This document shows, piece after piece, positions 23,158-41,622 of a DNA stretch of 64,000 nucleotides. The notes under the pieces are model-generated. The model searched no databases and was not told the DNA's origin. It saw only the letters and a list, made by a program, of their open reading frames with translations. The DNA is from Lepidodermella squamata (lineage: Eukaryota; Animalia; Gastrotricha). The stretch is from positions 2,232,001-2,296,000 of the forward strand of contig JBLDXI010000021.1 in NCBI GenBank assembly GCA_047495785.1, in the 5' to 3' direction. How positions within the stretch are numbered: position 1 is the stretch's first letter; each line of letters opens with the position of its first letter. The translations under genes were made by a program, and so were the position numbers.

Positions 23158-25774
23158 TCAGGAGGCGGAGGACTCACTTTCGGACTGCGGCGAGGCGGTG
23201 AACACGTGCGCCGAGTCGAGGCTGACCGGCGTCACGGACACGGTGCTGCTGTCGAGGGCGGCCGGCGGCGTCGCGTGCGAGCTCAGTTTCGCCTCGTCGA
23301 CGATGGTCAGCTCGTCGGTCTCGCTGCTGCGGTCGCTGTGGTCGTGCTGGATGAAGACGCGGCGGTGCGACGAGGACGCGTCCGTCGTCGACGACGCGGT
23401 CGACAGCGACGGCGACGGGCACGACGGCTGCGTAGAAGGGGGATTGCCGTCGGCTTTCGTGAGAGGCGTCGCCGCCAGTTTGCTCTGCCGCGATGTCGAA
23501 GTCGACGTTGTGGCGTGCGAGTAGTGCGATGGCAGCGAGTAGGTCGATGAGGACGATGTTAGACCTCGAGACGGAGCCGCCGGTTTTTGAGCGGGTGCCG
23601 CGGGTTTCGCGGGCTGCTGTTGTTGTTGCTGTTGCTGATTTTGCGGGATGGTTTCAGCCAGGTGGACGAGGCCGACAGACCGCAACAGGTCCAAAGGATT
23701 CATAACCACTCCAGCTCGAATTGCTGAAGAAAAATTGAGAAAATTAACGTCAAATCAAAGCAGATTTAGCAAGCATATCAGCAGGAGGTCATATCAAAAC
23801 GCGCCTTATATGGCCGATTTCTGAGATAAACTGTTAATCATTCGAATTTTGTAAGTTCCAGTCATTAACAACTGGGAATTTTTTCCGAATTCTACAGAAA
23901 TGACTGGAGAACTTGAGAAAAGTGGTTCTTTGATTTCACCAACCTCTAAACCCATCATTCCTGCAGCTATTTCCAAATTTCACACATCCAGGATGCTCTC
24001 ATCAGCCTTGAAAGAGCGAAATCCCCAAGTGTCCCTGAAAAATCTTATCTATTCAAGTTCACGTACTGACGCAAGCATAATTCCATCGAACTTGTTGAAT
24101 ATCTCGAGATTTCTTACCGCGAAATGGCGTAGTAGTTTTAATTCCGAATTTGGCATAATTCTCTGGTGAGTCCAGTTTCACCACCACCCTGATGGCTATC
24201 AGCCACTTTTTGCTTTAAACAAATTGCTCCTTCTCAAAATATTCGCAAAATCCCACTATTCACTTGTCAACCTTCGGATTCGACTTTTTTGATATTTTTC
24301 TGAAATGCAACTGAAAATTGAACCAAACCATTTCAAAGAAAAAATTGTTTTAGTTCTAAGACTGATAGATAGTGAGCTACCAGAGTTAATACACCAGCTC
24401 ATTTCAGTATAAAAAGCTGGTCATGAAAATAATTAATTGGTCATTATAGATTTTCCCTTATTTGATCTAGGGAGCTATGCAAGCAGCCTTATTAAAGAAG
24501 CATTCAATACCCTCTTTATCTCTCCGACGGAGAAAAGGCGGGGCGCTGCCAAAGTTACCCCGATCGACTTCAAGTGGAGTAGATTTAATCAACAGTATTC
24601 CATGCGGAAGTATAAACCTGACAGAATGACTTACTAGCATTAACTTTGGCTGGCACCGGTCGAGCTGTAGTGGGCGTGTAAATGAAAGGCGAGGCGGTAG
24701 AAGAAATCGCAGGGCTTGGCGCGTTAATCGCGGTCGTACTCTGCGAAGAGTGGATGTTTTGTCCTCCTGTGCGGTGAGATGAATGATCCACGGGTTCAAC
24801 GTCCCGTAGCGATAAATTATCGCGTGGCGAAGATGACGAGACAGTCAGCTGCCTAATCAGATCTGGCACGTCGAGAAGTAACGGATCAGTTCTATCCTCA
24901 GACCCGTCAATGCCTTCAGAATCACGATGTAACCTACAAATAACAATGCTTAAACAAAAACAACCTACTCGATATTCTTACTTTTTCTCCCGTAACATTT
25001 GCCGCCGTTTATGAATGATATTCGAAATGTTTTCGAGGGTGCTTAAAGCTAAATTATAAGCCTGTTTTGCCGAATTAATACTCGATTCCAACTCTCGAAT
25101 CTCTTGCTTCTTCGCCTCCAGTTTCTCGTTGTATTGATACAAGAGTGCAAAATAATTGCTTGATTTGCTTATGCAGTTTTTGACTGAACGTTCTAGCGAC
25201 GTACAGTACTGAGCAACTTTAGACAATTCCTCTGCATGCCTCCGATGCACGCGCTCACTGTCCTCTTTTTCTCGCTCTGCCTTTAAAACGCGCTCGGTCG
25301 CGTGATTTAGCACCTCCTGCCAATCGCCGTCCAACGTGCCGATGTTCATTACACTTTGCTCTGCTAATTGCACCATTTCTTTCGCAGCGTCCACTGTACT
25401 ACATGCCCTTTCAAACATCTAGCAGCAATCATAACATAGAAACCGATTACTTAACAAAAATCAAATAATAATACCTGAGCTGCTCTTTGCACGTCGACTT
25501 GAATAGCTTTCTGTCTAGCTTTCGCTTCGTAGAAAGGCCGGGCTTTTTCGATACATCTGCCAATCTTTTTAGATACTTCGTCAAGTTTTGTCGTTCGTTC
25601 CTTGTTAATTTCAATAAACAATATCCGTGTCTCTTCGAGACGAGCCTCCAATGAATTAACGTTCTGTGACGCCAAATTTAATGTTTCCAGCTCGGCTTGA
25701 ATGAAAGGATGGAATTTCTCCTCGCCCTCGTCCACGACATCTTCAGGGCATGAAGATGTACTACTTCTAGACAT
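23158..25774 (-). CDS. SH3BP5: SH3 domain-binding protein 5 family (SH3BP5/SH3BP5L/parcas, Rab11 GEF)
   Basis: PFIQAELETLN, KKIGRCIEKARPFYEAK, AAKEMVQLAEQ and WQEVLNHATERV coiled-coil motifs. The low-complexity last exon 23158-23723 joins in phase 1 across intron 23724-24634. Confidence 0.88.
23804..23813. promoter_or_regulatory. Perfect CArG box (SRF site)
   Basis: CCTTATATGG fits CC(A/T)6GG and lies in the long last intron of SH3BP5. Function is unproven. Confidence 0.25.
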
Positions 25775-25838
25775 TACTTAAAGTGTCCTATGAAACATCA
25801 ATAATAATTGCAGGATAATCAAATGAAGCAGCTTTTCA

Positions 25839-26511
25839 TTATGGTAGAGGTAGCTCTGAAGATAAGATGGTAGCTTGAGGAGCCAGAGATGCAACAAACT
25901 TCGAATGAATATTGAAACCACTGATAAGGGACTGATCGCTGTTAGCCGGAGGCTCGACAGGTTTGAGGACACCGAGTGTAAAACAAGACGAAATCTGGGA
26001 AAGATAAAATGTTAATCAGACTCGGTCACCTAAGGCTTAGACTAACTTTCAGCGCCTTAGAAATAGTGTTGAAATCATCGACTATTAGCACAGGCACGCG
26101 AGTTGATGTGCAACACAACACAAGGGCTTCCAGCAGATGAGGAGGAGTCGATTGGGTTGGGGCAATGACGAAGCTGATGAAGCCTTTTTGCATCTTCCGC
26201 ATTACTTCATTAAAGCCAATGGCAAATATACAACGCACAAGTCGCTTGCTTTCTCTGAATCGCTTTTTTACATTTTCATCCATCGTTCTCATTTGGCGCC
26301 TCGTTAAGTCTTTCCACTCCGCAAATCCTGAGCCTTCTAACAATTCATTCAATGAATTAATCGCTACTGAAGTTCGTAGCAAAGCATCCAGAGGCTGAGA
26401 TAACACGATATTCCACGGGCTTTCTATTACAGGTTTCTTATAGGCGCTCTTCTTCTGGACTTTCTTACCTTTGGCTGAGTCTGTCAGCTCTTGACCTGAG
26501 CGCTTAACCAT
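25839..26511 (-). CDS. RPP38: L7Ae-family protein, RNase P/MRP subunit p38-like
   Basis: FAIGFNEVMRKMQKG-FVIA-STPPHLLEALVLCCTSTRVPVL-ISKALK|ISSCFTLGV fits the L7Ae pattern, after a basic N-terminus. One intron; stop at 25839. Confidence 0.72.
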
Positions 26512-27519
26512 TCTCTCAAACTTTGGGTCTAGAATGTATGAAAAAAATGATAGCAAATCCAGCGAACTGGAGCTATAATAGTATATACAACGTGCATATA
26601 TTTCATACCGGATTGTGAATAATTCAAAAGAGAATATTAAAAAGAAGGTAGCAAGCCCAGAACAACCAGCGTAACAACCAGCGAATTGTCGATGAAGCCC
26701 AGTAAAAAATAGCGTTTTGAAAAATTAGGCCGATAAGGCCACGGGTCGATAAGGCCTAAACAACGATGCTTAGTTAGTAGTAGATATATTATACATAATT
26801 TGTATAATTTTCGCCTTGGGGACAACTTGAAACTCGAAGCCTCAACGCCTATGCATTACACAAGACTCAGAAATGAGTGTATTTTGGGACTTGAAGAAAT
26901 GAAGTTGCGGAAATGAAGTTGTTCAAACAGGAAGCGCTAGAGTTACACCATTATCACTTATCATAAGGAGTGAGCAAATGGAATAAAACGACGTCTTACT
27001 CCCGTGTTGAGATATAATTCCGCAAGCTGTTGCTGAAGTATACAATGTATCAGCTTTTACCTTTTACAGAACTCGCTTGAGAGACAAGATGAAAACACAG
27101 ATTTTGGCCTAGAAAGCTCAATCGCCAGTACAACACAGTCTACGATAATAGAAGATGGAGGTAGCATTCTTCTAACTTCCAATCCGTAAAACCTGATAAT
27201 GCTGGATTTAAGACTGCAGCTACAAATCGCCATGCAGTTAAAGGAGTTACAAAATCGATCCTGCCTTCCATCCTGAAGAGTGCAATTGCTTCAGCCAAAA
27301 GATGTTCGCAGCGAAGCTCTAACCTCGAAGTTACGCGAGCGAAAAAGTGCAAAAAGCGTATTACACGTCAAAGACAATTATTAAAAATTAATATTAAAAA
27401 ATAAATACTTAAACAATGTACATAATATTAATGCACATTTTCGCAGTAAGTTGAGATTCATATTTGCCGCATGTAAAATAGAGAGATTTTGAGAATGCAA
27501 AAAGTTGTTTGCAGTTTCA

Positions 27520-29450
27520 TCAAGTGCTGAGCGTCGGCTACGCCGGCAAAACCTGGACAATCATGTCATGAACCTTATGTCAACCTTTTCAATCATTCAT
27601 CGCAATGAAATCAATCTTCATCTGTCATGTGTCCAACTCGCAGATGGTTTAGATGGTTTTATTTCAACAAACAATCGCTAGCTAGATAATGAATTTTGCA
27701 CGAGATGAAGTCAAAGAGTTCTTATTCTCGAAGAAGAGACTATTTGCTCCATAGCTGAATAGCTGAGTGCCTACGCCTTACTTCAAGCATAGTCGCCCAA
27801 TATACTTTCAACAATTGGCTGCGTTCTGATTGCACAAAACTATCGGTTTGCCGTTCTCCGTTCTCCTCAACCATGAAGTGTGAGTTGGTGCGATGCCTGC
27901 GACTTTGATGGTTCATATCCATGCGTAATCGCTGTCATGCTTAACTGTTGCGAAGATTTTTTTGGTATATTTCATTTGCTAGCCGGTCGGCAACCAATTT
28001 GCAAAAATACGATGTTGAAGACGTGTATTTTTATTTTAATTCATAGCATTTTCAACATAAGAGAGTTGATTATGACATTTATACCCCTTTCCTGCGTTAT
28101 CATTTACACTTCTTCTCCTTCTTCATTTGTCGAAACAATAAATAATATTATAATGTAATTGCAAACAAAATATAACAATTTTTATCATTTACAAAACGAT
28201 TTTCGATTGTTGACTACCATGACGCGTGATTATGACAGATGATGATAGATATTATAAGTAGTTAGCTCTAGCTTTAGATATCTTCTTCACGAACGTAGAG
28301 CGCGCTTCGGAGCAGCAATTTTCGAATGAAAAAAAAATAGAAAACCGCAGCTCTGCTTTCGAATATAAATTCAAGAAACTAACTTTGCCAAAAAAAACCA
28401 TCGAAGAGTTTTCATAAACATCATCCAACTTAGCATGGTTGATGGTTAAATTAAATGTCATCTGATAGGTGTAATATGACAGGTAGCCGGTGATACGTGA
28501 ATTGCACCTTAAATTATACAAAATAAGCTATGGCACTGAATCAGATATTACGAAGCCTCTATCATTGATAGGTATAAAAGTTATATCGCGAGGTGATCTT
28601 CTCAAGTCAAATAAAAAAGATAAACATTTTATTTGAACTTTATAAACATAACACAGCTGATCGGTTAGCTTCTTATCGAAATGGGGTCGTAACAAGTTTA
28701 GTAGATGATGCTCATGATAGTATGTAGTTGTAAAATTTGCACTTTCAGATTGACAAAAATGTACACATTGACGCAAAGAATGAATTCACTGGTATCGTCG
28801 GGTTATTATAGTTAATTGCGTCCACGTGAGCTTTTCAAAAAAATGCTCCGAAAACGCGGACTTGAAACGCTCAAAAACTGCGCAGTCTCGAAGAATAAGA
28901 ATATATAAATGTTTCTACAGTCTTCTTGAGAAAATTATAGTGTTCTCTAACGTAATTTATAATAAAATGTTATCATCGCCTTGTCAAGTGTCCGTCATGT
29001 TAGGTAAACGCATTATTTTCAATGATATATACTTCACTCGATAGAGAGCAAAAAAAAAGTTTAGCGATATTTCTGCGTGGAAATATCCACAACCGTATTC
29101 GCTTGTGTGACATTCCAAAAAAAAATTCACCAGTTGCAATAAAAGACTGCCAGTAAAAGGTTTTCGCCGTTAGTTAAGTTGTTAGCGCGGTTCTCCTTAT
29201 ATAACAAGGTATTGCCTACATTCAAAATGTAGTTTACCCGTAAGTTGTGTTAAAGTTCTTCTAATCCATAAGCAAAACTTGGACGGCGGCGGAGTGTATT
29301 CGAGTCGTAAATTTACATAAAATATAATTATAAGCAAGTTTTATCCGGGTTGAATTGGCGCAACTAGAGTGTTTTAAAGATGAAGATTGCTTATGATTCG
29401 TCTCATTGGGTTCAACTGTCATACAAAAAATTATAGCTACGCACGAAAAC
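27520..29450 (-). mobile_element. Heavily decayed hAT-type (ZMYM1-like) transposase remnant
   Basis: Stop- and frameshift-ridden fragments in the expected order: TRIHSAAVQ, YYHEHHLLNLL..RSPR, VYWATMLEVRRRHS, and near 27530-27690 SS*RLF / NHLR..MTDE / MIEK, resembling the hAT dimerisation domain. No TIRs found. Confidence 0.35.
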
Positions 29451-29614
29451 AAAGAACTGTGAAAACTGTCTCGTCAATTTTCATCAATATTGAAGCGCGA
29501 GTGGTGTACAATATCAAAGTTATCCGCAATCATCGTTAACACTTAAAAATGATGGGGTAGAACGATGCTGAAATAATGTTTTCACGGAATAAAAAGGTAT
29601 GTATCCGCCTATCG

Positions 29615-35287
<5,673 letters not shown>

Positions 35288-38200
35288 TTGGCGTAGCTTT
35301 GCTAGACACTCGCTTTTGTAACATGTAGCGAAACCGGGATGAGTGATCTAACACGCACCAGCACTAAGCGACTTTTTAAATAATATTTATTATAAAAATA
35401 AAACAACTAGAAAAAAGATGATTGATTTGATCATATTTTCAAAAAATTGGGATAACGGGGATAAGTGATGAGAGGTAAAACCACTGAAGCGAATCGTAGT
35501 GTTGATCTTCGATTTGCGGCTATGAGTGCACAAGGACGACGATGAGTGATGTTGACAGGGAGCAGATTAGCGGCGCGTGTGGCAGTAAATAACAATAACA
35601 AAGACAGGTAGTGCTCCCCTACTTCAACATCTTTTACGCTAGATGCGTAGTCGTGCGAAATAATAGTAAAAAATATAGGTGGGCGGGTGGAAAAGGCCAA
35701 CTTTTGTCATTCATTTATATGCTATAGCTACAACCGAGAGCGATTAAAAACCGATTTGTCAATGCTCAGCCGAGTGAGTAAGAAAGGTGCCAAAACTACG
35801 TCAAATACTACTGAATTAATTATTATCTAGCAAACAAGTAAGAACGTAGTAAAACAACCTCAAAACTTGGATAATGAACTAAGCCTGAAATTCAAAATAA
35901 ACGACAGAAAAATATATTTTTACTTCTTCCTAATAGATACAAAAATGAAGACGATAATTTTGAAGAGGATACTTGGGCGCGTTTAAATTGCGAATCCTCG
36001 ACGTGCGGTTAAAGTGGAGGCTGAACACGAAAAAATTCGCCTTGAATAGCTGTTGGAATATCTATGCAACGCGTTGAACAATGAATAAAGAAAAATTGGT
36101 GGTAGTTTTTTGGTTTCGCTTAAAAAATTAGTCACTCTAGTAGTAATAATAATAACAAATAATACCATTTTTTGTCATTACTTGGCTTTCATTTTGGCAT
36201 TGTGCTATTGCCAGTAATAATAATTCTATTGTGCAAAACGTTTTCATAGCCGCAGCGCATTGAAAAAAATAAGCGTCATTGCTGCAGCAATAGCAGAGTT
36301 CTTAGTTCTCGGCGTGTCGTCATCATCGACTATTATAAAGCATTATAATGCAATAAGGGGCGCATATGCATTATACATTATTAAAAAATATGAAAAAGTC
36401 TTCGTTCTTTGACGATACATATGATGTATGTCTTGTGTTTTTTCTACTCCACTCCCGGGCCGTGTAAAAGCATGCATCGAAAAGTCGACTGCTGGTGATG
36501 CAGCAGAAGCAGCAGTATAAGCCTTGTATTATACAAATACAAATGTAGTATAATGTGCATACGTGTGTGCTTAAAATTATTATTTTCTCAGCGATAATAT
36601 TTAAAAAACACAGCGGCACACATCAAAAATGCTAGCGTGAGCAAGCGAGAATAGGCTATAATATAGAAATTATACACCGTGTAGTAGATTTCATACGAGA
36701 GACCGGGGCAGAAAGGTCGAATCTCTTTTTTTTACGCACACATGCTATTATAATGGGGGGTACTGAAAACGATGACGACGACGTGCGCGTGCAGTGGCGA
36801 TAATGTTGTATTGGCGCATAAAAAAAAGTCCCTCGTATATGTTATGCGCACTCTGTATAAATGTCGATATCAGCGCTGCGGCGAAAAAAATTGCGTAGGC
36901 TGACGCGAAATCCTAATCATCGTAGAGGAGTACTGCGCGAGCTCGTTTTTGTTTCATCCCTTTTTTCTCAGCCGTAATATTATTATTATTATTACAATTG
37001 CTTCATTCGAAAATAGTAATGCGGTAAAATGTCGCCTGCATATAATACAGATCTACTATGCATGAAATTGCGCAGGCGGGCGCAAAAGCAAAAAATCACA
37101 TTGTCGAGCGAGGCCCGTGATTCGGCGGAACACGGCATTTATACATTTTTATTATTTGCTATTAAGCCGCGCCGCTGAAGCGATTGTGAATCACTGAGCA
37201 CACATAAAATGCGCTAATAATAATTGTTGAAGAAATTTCGATATATTCAGGTTATAAAAATAGAATTGCCAATTATAAGATTGATCCCTAGGCATCAAGT
37301 GTTAGGGTTATTATTCTTGCAGTTCAATGTGAAATCGAAAAAAAAGAAAGCACGATCACTTTCATTGTCACGAGAAGCGACGATGAATGAAATACGTGGG
37401 CTACTACGCGAGAGTAAAGGGGCGGATTTATTTATAAGCATTATTTTACTACGGCATTAATACTTCACTGGCATAGTATCGCTTATCATGTTATAATATG
37501 TTGTAGTAAAAAAACGCCCACCCGCGCACTTGTTGACGTAATCAGCGCAAGCAGTGCGGCAAGGACAAAGGTGCCATTTTTTATCACAGTTATTTAACGC
37601 GCCCGGTTGATAACGCGCCGAGGATGTGAATCAGCCATGATGGCTGTTGACACGTGGCCAAAAGCGATAAGACACGAACTGAGTTGTTTACGGCAAGAAA
37701 GAACACGCCGGAGTAGAGGGGCTTGATTCGCGTGAATGTGTCGGCTATGAAATGAGTGTATATTACAACTAATTATTTTCTCATGAAACAAGACAAGAAA
37801 AAAAACGTTTTTTCCAGCTGAATTCCTTTGTCATTAATATAACAAATTACGACTGCACTATACTTGCAACGCTTTCGGCAGATGAAAGTGCTAAAAAACA
37901 ATAGGCATAAGTAAGTATCATGCGATTAGGTACATCGTGTGTGGGCGCATATACTCGAAAAGACACAAAGATGACACAAAGGGCAAAATTCTTAAAAATC
38001 AAAAAGGCTTCTATTTGTTGTTTATCAAGTGAAGATTGATTTCTCGTGCAATACTGACACAGAGGTGAATGCCTTGATCAAGCAGCGAGCCAGGGAAGTC
38101 CCTGGTTAACTAGGGCCTGGGCAAAACTGAGCACATCTTTCATAGTCAATCAAACATCAAAAGAAAGTGATCCGACGCCTCGCCTAATTCAATTTTCGCG

Positions 38201-38501
38201 TGCATCGTGCAAAAGTCATTCGTGTCCGGATGTAATAGAAAACTACGCGAAATACATCTCCCCCTCACTAATAAAATAAGAAAAGAAACCCTTGGAATAC
38301 ACCGGTTTTACCGAATATATCCCAATTTTTGTGCTAACTAAACAATTCTAGGGGGCAGTAGCATCAGCCGCGTGGTGATGAAAAAAATAGTCGGCTTTGC
38401 AATAAAGTGAATCGGTGTGAATGTTTGATTTTGATTGATCGATTTTAATTTGTTTCTATTTTTTAGTGCGCAATCAGACCTGATTGGTCACGTTACGTGT
38501 T

Positions 38502-38617
38502 TGTGGGAAGTGACCCATCGCTTGTAGAGCAACGGTTCTAGGGCATTCCCACGCTGATATAAAATTATGTTGAAGGTTGTGGTGTTAGAGCCGCTGCTAG
38601 TTGGATATAGCACAGTA
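38502..38617 (+). ncRNA. Candidate H/ACA box RNA
   Basis: Hairpin 1 (gtgggaa/ttcccac, inner tagagc/gttcta), hinge ATATAA fitting ANANNA, hairpin 2 (tatgtt/gatata, gtggt/gccgc with G-U pairs) and ACA at 38612-38614. Folded by eye only. Confidence 0.3.
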
Positions 38618-39593
38618 TGGTGTAATAGAATTGGTAATAATAGAATATCATGGCCATATACAAGGGTTTTTTATTTAATAGTGTCAAATGGTAGATACGC
38701 ATCCAGAAATATAGCCGGCTTAATTTAGATTTTCCCGATAATCCCCACAATCACCAATTTGCCTTTCTGATGCGGGTCTTTTATCGCTCGAATGACTCAC
38801 CTGTCCACTTCCAGTTCGATGCGAATTTACGCTTCATTCACCAAATCGCCATAAATATTTTTTTATAAATTCAGAGAAGACATCATAAAAATATAGACCA
38901 GCTTGTCTTTGATTGAACTAAACACTGATAAAAACTAAAAACTATTGAAAAATTATTACCTTTAATTATTGCTCTGACGGATTTTGACATCGGTTTGATC
39001 AGTTTAGTCTTGGTACTGATATCTGGAATATCAGCAAAATAGCATGATGTCTCGGCTACAGATATTCATTTATATCAATACTTAATTTATAGTATTTGCA
39101 CAGAAGAGAATCCAATCGGCGAATTTTGTAGAAAAAACCAAAGGCAGACCTTTACAAGTCACGCACTAAAATGAACAAATCCATTATCTTATAAAAGGGG
39201 AACAAATAATGTCAGATCATCTTCTAATCCTAATTTTATAACCACTTGTTGTATCACTATACTTAATTTTCATCTCTTCCGTCGGCGCACTATGCCTTTA
39301 GGCTGTTATTGTTGATTCCTAGGTGCTATTTTGGACATGATAATGGTTACTCTTGTGTTTATATCGTTGTCCTTGGCCACGTTGAAACGAATAAACGAAG
39401 ACTTGTAGCAGATAAGCAATGCTAAATTTTTGATATTTTTGTTATGGTTTATAAGTTTTGCTAAGGTTGGGAGTTTTGGCGTCAATATCTCGAATTGATT
39501 GCGGAGCTTTTCAAAATATTGCCTCTATTTCGAGGCCTATTTTTATTCGCTCGAACCTTGCACAACATTGAAGCAATGTTTTTAAAACACATA

Positions 39594-39799
39594 CAGGGTG
39601 GTCACAAAAATAAGTCGGAGAGGGGGTAGTTCGTTGATGGGAGTGCGCATCAATTTAATGAGGAGTTTCAGGAAATTCAAGAATTTCGTCGGCAAAGAAT
39701 GCTTGGAATTCTTCGATTTCTTAAAACTCCTCCATCAAATTGATGCGCACTCCAATCAACGAACTACGCCCCCTCCGACTTATTTTTGTGACCACACTG
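39594..39799. mobile_element. MITE of Tc1/mariner type (206 bp)
   Basis: Long imperfect terminal inverted repeats (cagggtggtcacaaaaataagtcggag... / ...ctccgacttatttttgtgaccacactg, about 90 bp) flanked by TA on both sides (39592-93, 39800-01). Confidence 0.92.
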
Positions 39800-40101
39800 T
39801 AGTTAGACCTGATGGTTGAAACAACCTTCTCACTGACGCGTTCTAAACTTCAACCTAGTTAGAGGCCGACGGGTGATTCCCCTTAGAATTCGAGCATAGT
39901 CAGCTTTCCCCTTCATCTTCTAATTTCGAAGATGCACGGTGAATTTATTCATTTTTAAAATTTTACGGCAGCATTTCGCAAAATCGTTCACAAATTTTAT
40001 TATCATTCTACTAAAATACAGATGTATCAATAATCGACGATTCCGTCGTGCTTGCAAGCTATTTTGAACGTGCTTAACTGAACAACTCATGATAGATTGA
40101 T

Positions 40102-41622
40102 CTAAAACAAGTCTCTAAGCGCTTTGAGACGTGATTTCTTGCCCGATTGACTGCTCATCGACCCTGACGTGCTAGTCCGGTTTCTCGGCGGAAAGTACAG
40201 GGGCGGCACTGCTTCATCGGTGGCAAGCGAGTGGCGGTGCGCTGTCTCAGGTGACTCTTCCGCTATCGATGACTGCGAGGCAGTTGGTGACTCATCCGCG
40301 ATGACCTCCATTGTCGAACCAACAAATTTGCCATGTGGATGCGGGTGAGTGGGAGCGGATTGAACTCCGCCACTGATGGTCGTGTCGAGGCTTCGCATTG
40401 AATCCAACACGCTACGGTCGGACAAACAGTAGGTTAGGAAGCTTTGAAATGACACCAAACCATCGCTGTCACAGTTCATTTTCTACGAAATCCGCCATAA
40501 TGAAAGATGATTGCTGAGTGAAATCTATCTAATCTTACCCGCAGCACACCTTCCGCGTGATCTTCAACAATTTCGGGAGAAAAATGAGGTCGAGTCCATT
40601 TACCCCTTGGAATCAGTTCAAATTGTACATAGAGTTCCTGAAACATTTTCGAGGAAAGCTTACATTATGTGGTAAATTGAGGTAGTGATTAGAATAAGCT
40701 CTTCCTTGCAGATGTAACCGTCGCCATCTATGTCGTATAATTGAAAAATCCACCGAAGTTTCTCTTCGAGCGTGCCTCGAGATAATATTGAAAGCGTCAG
40801 TATGAAGCGCTGAAAAGCAAAACAAAATTATATTGGGAGTTCAGCGATGGTTATTCGACTTATACTTCAAAGCTTATTGAGCCAGACCTTTCGGTATCGA
40901 GCGTTAAAAATACGTAATGTGCATACTCGGCGGAGTCTTGGTGTAAGAAAAAATAAAGTGATTGCATTGTAAAATTGGCCTCGAAAAACAGACCTCCTTG
41001 GGGAAAGAACGATGCGAAAATGTTTTTAAGAGTTTCTTCCTTCAAAAATCCGTTGGGACATTGCTGATATAACAAACAACGATATAAAAAGTCTTTCTAT
41101 TGCAATTTTCAGCAAAAGTCTATACCTGTTTAAAACCGCGGTAGATTATTTGAAGCTCTTCTTTGCTGAATCGAGTCGTCCGGCAGAGTTTTTCGATCGA
41201 CTCTGGCTTGCACCGATTGAATCGCTGTTGGTCCGAATCGCTGTCTCCTGGAAAAATAAATTCGAAAATATTAGACCCACGCCTCTTCATCTTGCTCTTC
41301 TATTGAACATCAAAATTTAGAGTTGGCATCATTCAATTAGAAGTTTAGCCGAAATTAGTCAGAATTAGGAAATAATAAGCTGATTTTTTGGCATTCAACA
41401 ACGGCAATGAACTGCGCCGCGAGACATGAAATGATGATGATGATGATTTGGATGCGGATAGAGAAGTTGCATGCACACACCTGTCGAAACAGTTACAACA
41501 CCGGAAAAGGTACTCTGACGACGTTGTTGATGATGGTGCCTACTATTTATTTCGGCCTCGGCGTCGTACTTCTCATTGATGATACGCCTCAGTTGCTGGC
41601 CGATTTTTTGTAAATTCGCCAT
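40102..41622 (-). CDS. KCNIP: Kv channel-interacting protein (KChIP, neuronal calcium sensor family)
   Basis: KPESIEKLCRTTRFSKEELQIIYRGFKQQCPNG, FFPQGDSAEYAHYVF and LSILSRGTLEEKLRWIFQLYDIDGDGYICKEE. Proximal first exon 41622-41481. Confidence 0.93.

Noticed and set aside
26640-27350. Possible + strand gene divergent from RPP38-like
   Set aside because: Some splice-like signals, but I could not assemble an open spliced frame.
38090-38113. Hairpin ccaggg-aagt-ccctgg followed by CTAG, resembling a Helitron 3' end
   Set aside because: Spacing to CTAG is only 4 nt, the next base is not T, and no 5' end or second copy is visible.
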